This document shows, piece by piece, positions 45,001 through 52,401 of a DNA stretch of 64,000 bases. The position numbers were made by a program, and so were the translations under genes. The notes under the pieces are model-generated. The model searched no databases, had not been told where the DNA came from, and worked only from the letters and a program-made list of their open reading frames with translations. The stretch's first letter is position 1, and the number at the start of each line of letters is the position of its first letter. Origin of the DNA: Eledone cirrhosa (Eukaryota); contig OZ024741.1 of NCBI GenBank assembly GCA_964016885.1, positions 389,236,001 through 389,300,000 of the forward strand. The letters run 5' to 3'.

Positions 45001-46883
45001 TTATATAGACTAGACGAGGTTGACGGACAGACAGACAGTGCTTTTATTATATAGACTAGACGAGGGCGACAGACAGACAGACAGTGCTCTTATTATATAG
45101 ACTAGACGAGGGCGACAGACAGACAGACAGTGCTCTTATTATATAGACTAGACGAGGCCGACGGACAGACAGACAGTGCTCTTATTATATAGACTAGACG
45201 AGGGCGACAGACAGACAGTGCTCTTATTATATAGACTAGACGAGGGCGACGGACAGACAGACAGTGCTCTTATTATATAGACTAGACGAGGGCGACGGAC
45301 AGACAGACAGTGCTCTTATTATATAGACTAGACGAGGGCGACGGACAGACAGACAGTGCTCTTATTATATGGACTAGACGAGGCTGACGGACAGACAGAC
45401 AGTGCTCTTATTATACAGACTAGACGAGGCCGACGGACAGACAGACAGTGCTTTTATTATATAGACTAGACAAGGGCGACGGACAGACAGACAGTGCTTT
45501 TATTATATAGACTAGACGAGGCTGACGGACAGACAGACAGTGCTCTTATTATATAGACTAGACGAGGGCGACGGACAGACAGGCAGTGCTCTTATTATAT
45601 AGACTAGACGAGGGCAACGGACAGACAGACAGTGCTCTTATTATATAGACTAGACGAGGGCGACGGACAGACAGACAGTGCTTTTATTATATAGACTAGA
45701 CGAGGGCGACGGACAGACAGACAGTGCTTTTATTATATAGACTAGACGATGCTGACGGACAGACAGACAGTGCTCTTATTATATAGACTAGACGAGGGCG
45801 ACGGACAGACAGACAGTGCTCTTATTATATAGACTAGACGAGGGCGACGGACAGACAGTGCTCTTATTATATAGACTAGACGAGGGCGACGGACAGACAG
45901 ATAGTGCTTTTATTATATAGACTAGACGAGGGCGACGGACAGACAGACAGTGCTTTTATTATATAGACTAGACGAGGATGACGGACAGACAGACAGTGCT
46001 CTTATTATATAGACTAGACGAGGCTGACGGACAGACAGACAGTGCTCTTATTATATAGACTAGACGAGGGCGACGGACAGACAGACAGTGCTTTTATTAT
46101 ATAGACTAGACGAGGGCGACGGACAGACAGACAGTGCTCTTATTATATAGACTAGACGGGGGCGACGGACAGACAGACAGTGCTTTTATTATATAGACTA
46201 GACGAGGGCGACGGACAGACAGACAGTGCTCTTATTATATAGACTAGACGAGGGCGACGGACAGACAGACAGTGCTTTTATTATATAGACTAGACGAGGC
46301 TGACGGACAGACAGACAGTGCTCTTATTATATAGACTAGACGGGGGCGACGGACAGACAGACAGTGCTTTTATTATATAGACTAGACGAGGGCGACGGAC
46401 AGACAGACAGTGCTTTTATTATATAGACTAGACGAGGCTGACGGACAGACGGACAGTGCTCTTATTATATAGACTAGACGAGGGCGACGGACAGACAGAC
46501 AGTGCTCTTATTATATAGACTAGACGAGGGCGACGGACAGACAGACAGTGCTCTTATTATATAGACTAGACGAGGGCGACGGACAGACAGACAGTGCTTT
46601 TATTATATAGACTAGACGAGGGCGACGGACAGACAGACAGTGCTCTTATTATATAGACTAGACGAGGGCGACGGACAGACGGACAGTGCTCTTATTATAT
46701 AGACTAGACGAGGCTGACGGACAGACAGACAGTGCTCTTATTATATAGACTAGACGAGGGCGACAGACAGACAGACAGTGCTTTTATTGTATAGACTAGA
46801 CGAGGCTGACGGACAGACAGACAGTGCACTTATTATATAGACTAGACGAGAGCGACAGACAGACAGTACTTTTATTATATAGA
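1..46883 (-). repeat. Tandem satellite array, 46-bp monomer, about 1,020 copies, open at the left window edge; each monomer has Helitron-like termini (5'-TC...CTAG-3' on the minus strand)
   Basis: Plus-strand consensus CTAGACGAGG(GC/CT/CC)GACGGACAGACAGACAGTGCT(C/T)TTATTATATAGA; period 46 (GCTGACGGAC at 1 and 47). Length variants are almost all +/-4 nt GACA units. Copy number is 46883/46. Confidence is for the repeat itself; the Helitron reading is treated in findings. Confidence 0.99.
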
Positions 46884-46888
46884 CTAGA

Positions 46889-46925
46889 CTAGCAGAAAAC
46901 CACCTGGTGGGCGGTTTTTTGCTAG
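46889..46925 (-). other. Helitron 3' terminal hairpin ending in CTAG
   Basis: CTAGCAGAAAACCACC-TGGTG-GGCGGTTTTTTGCTAG imperfect inverted repeat; homologous to 55422-55459. Confidence 0.8.
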
Positions 46926-47200
46926 CAAATCTAGTGTATATACTGATATTGTTGAGATTTGGATGAGAAATGTTTTCGGTACCACATGTTCACCGTCTCT
47001 CGATGTGTCTTTTATGCATGTATAAATATATATGTTATCTACAAGGTGAAATCTTTGAAATAAATATATGTTAAAACGAAAAAGGAGAAAAAGAGATTAG
47101 TGACGGAAATATAAACGTTATGATACATAAACGTTATGATATAACGATAGAAATATATAAACGTTTACGATAAAACGATGGAAATAGAAACGTTTATATA

Positions 47201-47389
47201 TTATTGTTTCTACTTTAGGCACAAGGTCAGCAATTACCCAGTGCATTACTGGTACTTTATTTTATCGACCCCGTAAGGATGAAAGGCAAAGTTAACCTCG
47301 GCGGGATTTGAACTCAGATCGTAAAGGGACGTAACTATGCTGGAAAGCATGGCGTCCGACCCTCTACCGATACTTCCAATCCACCGCCC
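47201..47389 (-). mobile_element. tRNA-derived SINE (family A) inserted in the non-autonomous Helitron
   Basis: B-box-like GAGTTCAAATCC; core TTTGCCTTTCATCCTTACGGGGTCGATAAAATAAAGTACCAG recurs at 55.8, 63.2 and 63.4 kb; flanked by 8-bp direct repeat TTTATATA (47193-47200, 47390-47397), a likely target-site duplication. Confidence 0.85.
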
Positions 47390-47402
47390 TTTATATAATG
47401 AT

Positions 47403-47450
47403 AAGCCGAAACACTCGTAAGCCGAAACACTCGTAAGTCGAAACACTCGT
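47403..47450. repeat. 16-bp minisatellite x3
   Basis: AAGCCGAAACACTCGT, AAGCCGAAACACTCGT, AAGTCGAAACACTCGT. Confidence 0.9.
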
Positions 47451-47602
47451 AAAGCGAAAGTATAAATAAAGATTAATGTAATGAATTTGAAAAGCATAGA
47501 GATTTGAAACCGCGTCTATAGGTGTGTAAATTTCAGACGGACAGACAGACAGACAAACAAACAGAGAAATGCCCATTATATATTATAAGTAGACTATCTA
47601 GT

Positions 47603-47621
47603 ACCCGTCCTTTGGACGGGT
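47603..47621 (-). other. Helitron 3' subterminal palindrome (rolling-circle termination signal)
   Basis: Perfect 8-bp stem ACCCGTCC-AAA-GGACGGGT on the minus strand, just upstream of CTAG. Confidence 0.9.
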
Positions 47622-48521
47622 GAAGTAGCTTTCGATGTAGCTCATTAAAGTAAACAAAGTAAATTTGAATACATAGAAGAAATACGTACTTTATGTAAAC
47701 ATGAAAACTTTAGGCACTATTCCAGCGAAATAATTAATATGTGAGCTCGGTGTTATCCGTTATCCGGTAAACATTTTTTTTACAACATTAAAAGCGCGTG
47801 ATGGCTTAAACTTAAATAACTTTTAATTATGTGTGTGTAAACCAGCGTTCGAAATCGGAGACGCTGGTCGCGGAGAAAGATAACTCTTGTCATACTTAAT
47901 CACGAACATTGGCAAAAAATAACCAAATTTTGATATATCTCCAAAGGCCGCAATATCGATTTTTGAAAACCTGTGCCGCTCAGTTACAGATCTTATGGTA
48001 GAAGAAGCTCTGTAAAAAAATTTCAAAGAAATAGGATATATGAACCATCATTAAAAACAGATGTCGACACAGACACAGCCTGTAGTGAGAGATTGGAAGA
48101 AACCTGTGCAAAGTTTGACCCATTGTCAGTTTTATCGATTTTTTACCTAAAAAAAGCGGTTGTCAATTATTCGCAATATTGTGCCGACCTGCCCTGATAA
48201 ATTTATGGTTGATTACAAAAAAAAAAATTGAAAATCGGCTTTGCGGATCAAAAGTTGCTGCATCACAGACAGACAGATATGTATGTATATCTATTTTTGT
48301 ATATCAGTTTTGTATATCTATTTTTTTTATAAAGCTTATATAATAATTTGTTGAATAATTATTATTTTTAATTAATATTTTAAAATTACCAAGAGATGAG
48401 AAGCATCAAGAGAGTTATCAAGAGAGCCAATTATCAACAGAGTCAATTACCAAGCGAGTCAATCAGCACTTTGTTTGAATTTTTTTCCTATTAATATTTT
48501 AATTAGAATTTAATTTTGTTA

Positions 48522-48633
48522 GCCAAACATACCTCAATTTTTAACAAAATCAGAATTAGAAAGGTTGTTTCTCCTCGATTTCGTTTTAAAAAAAATAAGG
48601 TATTTCGTCCTTTTTAGGACTCATCAGTTTGGC
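48522..48633 (-). ncRNA. Type I hammerhead ribozyme fold in the RepHel 3' UTR (G at position 17, probably cleavage-impaired in this copy)
   Basis: Minus-strand RNA: stem I GCCAAA / core CUGAUGA / stem II GUCC-UAAAAA-GGAC / GAAA / stem III UACCUUA...UGAGGUA / U-G / UUUGGC closing stem I. Paired by hand; no covariance-model search run. Confidence 0.85.
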
Positions 48634-48659
48634 ATAAACGATGAATACATTGTTACACT

Positions 48660-49883
48660 TTAGTTCCTAAAAACCTCAGGAAAGACAACATTTTTTACTA
48701 CACGATTCTGGTTTTCCGGAACTAAAATTGTAACATTTGCCGGATTTGTTACCCTGCTTATTGCAACATAGAACTGGCCATGCGAAAAGAAATCATTCAG
48801 GCAGCTTATACCAACATGGGTAATGGTCTGCCCTTGTGATTTGTTGGAGGTCATCGCAAACGATAATTTAACAGGAAACTGTTTCCGGTAAAAATCGAAT
48901 GGAACCCTCCCTTCTTCGCTATGAAGCTCAATTCTAGGCAAATGAAACAATTGTCCCTTCCGAGGGCCCACCGCTACTTCGAGTTCGAGTATTCGTGGGT
49001 GGATATTTTTTACAACGTATTGAGTACCGTTGCAATATCCCTCGGCGGGACATATGTTTCTGAGCAGAATAACCGGAGCACCTATCTTCAGTTTCAAAAG
49101 GTGATCCGGCATTCCAGGAAGAACTATCGAGTTCAAAGTGTCCACTGAAACATGATGCTTTCGGTCTGTTTGCTTGTGGTTACGATCAAACGAAGGGATT
49201 ACTATTTCCCTACCGGGCAATCTGTCAAAGACTTTTTGATTGATCTCGTCTACATCCTTATTCGTGGGAGTAATGATTGCGCGATCGGTCACCCAATTCA
49301 CATAATCATTCTCGCCCAACCTAGTTGACACATTAGAGTATATCCTATCTATCAATGGGTCAGGCGTGTCACCTGTCATGAGAAACTGAGGGGGAACTTC
49401 AAAGTCGTGGGTCCTCCGATTGTCCTGTCTGCGATTGGCGACACCATCCCGAATCCTCAAAAGGAGGGCTTTAAAATCAATGGAAGCCTGATCGACCCCG
49501 TTGACCCTCATGTTTGTATTCAACTTGAAAATGTTGAAAGTATCCCACGATGGGTGATTTTTTAAAGTAGAAGCGACAATTTGTGGTCGCTCTCCATTAG
49601 GAACGACTGGGAGAACTTGTCGCCAATCGCCGGAGAGTAGCATGGTGACACCTCCGAGGGTTTTCTTGGATGGTTCCACCCCTCCGCGGACGAATCTTAG
49701 AGTTTTATCCAAAAACTCCATCAGGTCCCTACTGAACATGAGGGCCTCGTCCCAAATAATCAGGTCAAGTTTCGCAAGTTCCTTTGCGAGTTTTGATCCC
49801 TTCTGGATACTAATCGCTGTTTTATCTTGCGGATTCAAAGGCAACTTCATCCTTGAGTGCAAGGTTGTGCCGCCTTTAAGCAA
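48660..49883 (-). CDS. RepHel fragment 4: Pif1-family (SF1B) helicase domain
   Basis: LIIWDE (Walker B), GDWRQVLPVV, NMRV, TPTNKDVDEIN, LKLKIGAPVILLRN, RKQFPVKLSFAMTSNKSQGQT, FSHGQFYVAISRV. The frame extends upstream as TGKTYLINAIVEKVASEGCASSGIAALL. Not an independent gene. Confidence 0.95.
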   Translation of the reverse strand: MLKGGTTLHSRMKLPLNPQDKTAISIQKGSKLAKELAKLDLIIWDEALMFSRDLMEFLDKTLRFVRGGVEPSKKTLGGVTMLLSGDWRQVLPVVPNGERPQIVASTLKNHPSWDTFNIFKLNTNMRVNGVDQASIDFKALLLRIRDGVANRRQDNRRTHDFEVPPQFLMTGDTPDPLIDRIYSNVSTRLGENDYVNWVTDRAIITPTNKDVDEINQKVFDRLPGREIVIPSFDRNHKQTDRKHHVSVDTLNSIVLPGMPDHLLKLKIGAPVILLRNICPAEGYCNGTQYVVKNIHPRILELEVAVGPRKGQLFHLPRIELHSEEGRVPFDFYRKQFPVKLSFAMTSNKSQGQTITHVGISCLNDFFSHGQFYVAISRVTNPANVTILVPENQNRVVKNVVFPEVFRN

Positions 49884-49914
49884 TAGTGCCGCAATGCCAG
49901 ATGAGGCGCAACCC

Positions 49915-51012
49915 TCACTGGCAACCTTTTCTACTATCGCATTGATAAGATAAGTCTTGCCAGTTCCCCCCGGGTGCGTCCACGAAAAAGTTTTTTCCAG
50001 AATTCTGCCTCACCGATCCCAATACGGAGTCATAGAGCGCCCGCTGATCAGCATTCAGGGAGTTTTCAACCTCCAAAATGGACTCCGAGCTTGCTGTGCT
50101 CTCATAAGAAATCCCAATTTTCTGATTCTCGGGCACTCTAACCTCCTCGATTGGCTGGGGAAGGTTGCAAGTATCCATTTTGGTGCCGTAATTTAGCAGG
50201 TAAGCGTAAATCTGGTGCAATGCCCTATTGTGTATGATATCCACATCAGCAGTGGGGTCTGCTCGGGATAAATCATGTGAAATCCAGTCTTTGTGGTCAT
50301 TCCACAGTGACAGGGCGTCAGTCGGCTTCCAAAAGTGGATAAGCATTGCGAACATCCTCCGCATCATGCGAGGGATCATCGAAATCTGAGCATCATGCAA
50401 TACTAAACTGATTTCGTTGTCCGCCTCCATGAGCTTGCGGAATACTGCTGCCTCTTTGAAGGTTGGAAAAACTTGATCGCCTACTGTTCTGAGATCGGTG
50501 TAGCACTTGGGACCTTTTGTTTTTAAAAGCAAAAGGTAGAGGGCGAAGGTTTCCTGATTACCACCTGAGTTTGGTAAAATGTTCGGCATGCGGGATATCT
50601 GATCACCCCTGGGCATGCCGAACTCAGGATCATTCTCGCCCTGTACTCGACGCTTCCAAAACCTTTCTTGGACCATCCAGACGTAAAATTTCGGAATATC
50701 CAAATACAAAAAATTGTTGGCCTTTTCATCTTCTCGATTGAGAGTAAAAAATTCGGTCAATTTCGTCTTGGATAGTTTTTCCAGGGTTTTTGAATCGGGT
50801 TTAGCTAACTTGGGGTCATAAAAAACTTTTTGTTTCCCTTCGAGGTGGATATCCAGCTTTAGGATCGAGGGGTACATTCCGTATTGGGCCAGGCAGAGTA
50901 ACCACCACATCGCCTCAACGCTGGACATATACCTACCGTTAAGGTATATCCTAACCTCGTCCTTTACCTGGTCATCCATAGGGTTCCCCTGGTCATCACA
51001 GACCTTTTCCAC
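49915..51012 (-). CDS. RepHel fragment 3: Rep-to-helicase linker up to Walker A
   Basis: Helitron-typical DEVRIYLNGRYMSSVEAMW, LDIHLEGKQ, TKLTEFF, LLLLKTKGPKCYTDLRTV, LNADQR, FFVDAPGG followed by a frameshift. Confidence 0.9.
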   Translation of the reverse strand: MEKVCDDQGNPMDDQVKDEVRIYLNGRYMSSVEAMWWLLCLAQYGMYPSILKLDIHLEGKQKVFYDPKLAKPDSKTLEKLSKTKLTEFFTLNREDEKANNFLYLDIPKFYVWMVQERFWKRRVQGENDPEFGMPRGDQISRMPNILPNSGGNQETFALYLLLLKTKGPKCYTDLRTVGDQVFPTFKEAAVFRKLMEADNEISLVLHDAQISMIPRMMRRMFAMLIHFWKPTDALSLWNDHKDWISHDLSRADPTADVDIIHNRALHQIYAYLLNYGTKMDTCNLPQPIEEVRVPENQKIGISYESTASSESILEVENSLNADQRALYDSVLGSVRQNSGKNFFVDAPGGNWQDLSYQCDSRKGCQ

Positions 51013-51057
51013 CTCATAGTTGATGTGGTCGGCACCTTTTAGTATATATTTAAAAAT

Positions 51058-52401
51058 TTATTGAAATATAGTGACTCCGGCCACCACCTCTACGTTAATG
51101 TGGCACTGAAATATGATCCCAAGAAAAAGATTGTGTGGAACAACATCCCTGCTTGTTACCACACACTTTTTTTTACCTTTTTGATGAATTTCCCCCTGTC
51201 CACCATTATTATCGGGCGTTCTACGCCTGTATTTAGGGTAGTTAGCCTCGTTAAAATTGGTCGCATTGTTATAGTCCTTCGGAAACATCTTAGAGCAAGA
51301 AGTTCCGTTTTTGGACTTTTTACAATGCTTCATACAAGGACACCGGGGATTAAAAACACCGCAAGGACCGTGGATCATTTTTGTAATCACAAAATTATAG
51401 CCCAGCTTCTGATTTTTGGTATCCCCTGTCGGGATTTCAGCGCTAATGAGACTATCAACATCCTCCGTGGATGAAATCTTATCGGCCTCGGCCAACCAAA
51501 TTAAAGCGTGGACATGTGGGAGGCCTCTTTTCTGAAATTCTATTTTGTAAGTGTATGCAACACATTTACCAAAAATACCTCTCTTTTTGATTTTCACATC
51601 AAAAAGAACCCTCACACGTTCCATGAAACTCCTGCAAATTAGATCAGGCCTAAATTTTGCAGTTTCATCTTTATTATTGCGAGATAATTCTTCTATTTCA
51701 GGCAGTTTAGGATTGGAGGTCATGGTCACAAAAAGGTCTGGACATCCAAATTCTCTGACCAGTGCCATTGAATCTCGGTACAATTTTTTGTACCACTTTG
51801 GAGTCCCAGGAGTCGATTCGGACAGGACGATGCCGACTCCAACCTCTGCAGGATTTTCACAATCCTTTAGAGTGTCGACCGATTCAAACCTATATGACCC
51901 GTTAATCCTTTGCTGATGCTTAACCTGAAACTGGAAATTAATGTAATCCAGACGCATTTTCATGTCTATCGCATACTGGTGCAACAGATTACCGCTCAAT
52001 ATAAGAGGGTTGAAAAAATTGTCCTGGACCATTAAATAGTACTTGATATACTGCAACAAAGTTTCTTTATGGCCAGTTTCTGTTTTGGGGTTCCAACGGC
52101 TCCACCCATTCTGGCCATAATTGAAAATAAGGGGATAGCCCAGAGGTTCATAAAACGGGCTTAGGAAGTCAACACGGACGTATCCTTCTTTGCCTGCCCG
52201 TTTTCTCACTAAAATGACCCTCCCAAGTTCCTTAATAGCCTTCTCTTGGTAGAGCCCCGCTATTTCAGACACCGTAGGGAGGAGATGAGTTTTATTGGCA
52301 GGCAGACAATCCCCTAACACTATATTCGGACATCTGTTCGAGCATTTCGTATCCCGTTTTGAAAGTTCTTGATAGAATATTCTCATCCGGGATGAAATCA
52401 T
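51058..52401 (-). CDS. RepHel fragment 2: Rep (HUH endonuclease) domain
   Basis: YEPLGYPLIF..GQNGW; motif 1 PDLFVTMTSNP; motif 2 EFQKRGLPHVHAL; MIHGPCG; YPKYRRR; HINVE; motif 3 Q*IFKYILKG straddles the stop. Confidence 0.95.
   Translation of the reverse strand: MISSRMRIFYQELSKRDTKCSNRCPNIVLGDCLPANKTHLLPTVSEIAGLYQEKAIKELGRVILVRKRAGKEGYVRVDFLSPFYEPLGYPLIFNYGQNGWSRWNPKTETGHKETLLQYIKYYLMVQDNFFNPLILSGNLLHQYAIDMKMRLDYINFQFQVKHQQRINGSYRFESVDTLKDCENPAEVGVGIVLSESTPGTPKWYKKLYRDSMALVREFGCPDLFVTMTSNPKLPEIEELSRNNKDETAKFRPDLICRSFMERVRVLFDVKIKKRGIFGKCVAYTYKIEFQKRGLPHVHALIWLAEADKISSTEDVDSLISAEIPTGDTKNQKLGYNFVITKMIHGPCGVFNPRCPCMKHCKKSKNGTSCSKMFPKDYNNATNFNEANYPKYRRRTPDNNGGQGEIHQKGKKKCVVTSRDVVPHNLFLGIIFQCHINVEVVAGVTIFQ

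Larger units (their letters stand above)
46889..47593 (-). mobile_element. Non-autonomous Helitron (about 705 bp, including an inserted SINE)
   Basis: Minus-strand 5' end TCTACTTATAATATATAATGGGCATTTCTCTG followed by a (TGTC)n tract at 47593. 3' end is a hairpin finishing in CTAG at 46889. No coding capacity. Confidence 0.8.

Noticed and set aside
1-46883. CRISPR array or coding repeat
   Set aside because: No unique spacers, no cas genes, eukaryotic context; the ORF track shows no ORF in the array.
1-46883. Pure assembly or sequencing artefact
   Set aside because: Monomers carry structured, recurrent variants, and a separate monomer plus diverged relatives occur at 55063-55421. Exact array length still needs read support.
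46889-46925. Bacterial rho-independent terminator
   Set aside because: Eukaryotic transposon context; the hairpin ends in CTAG and is repeated at 55422 as an element terminus.
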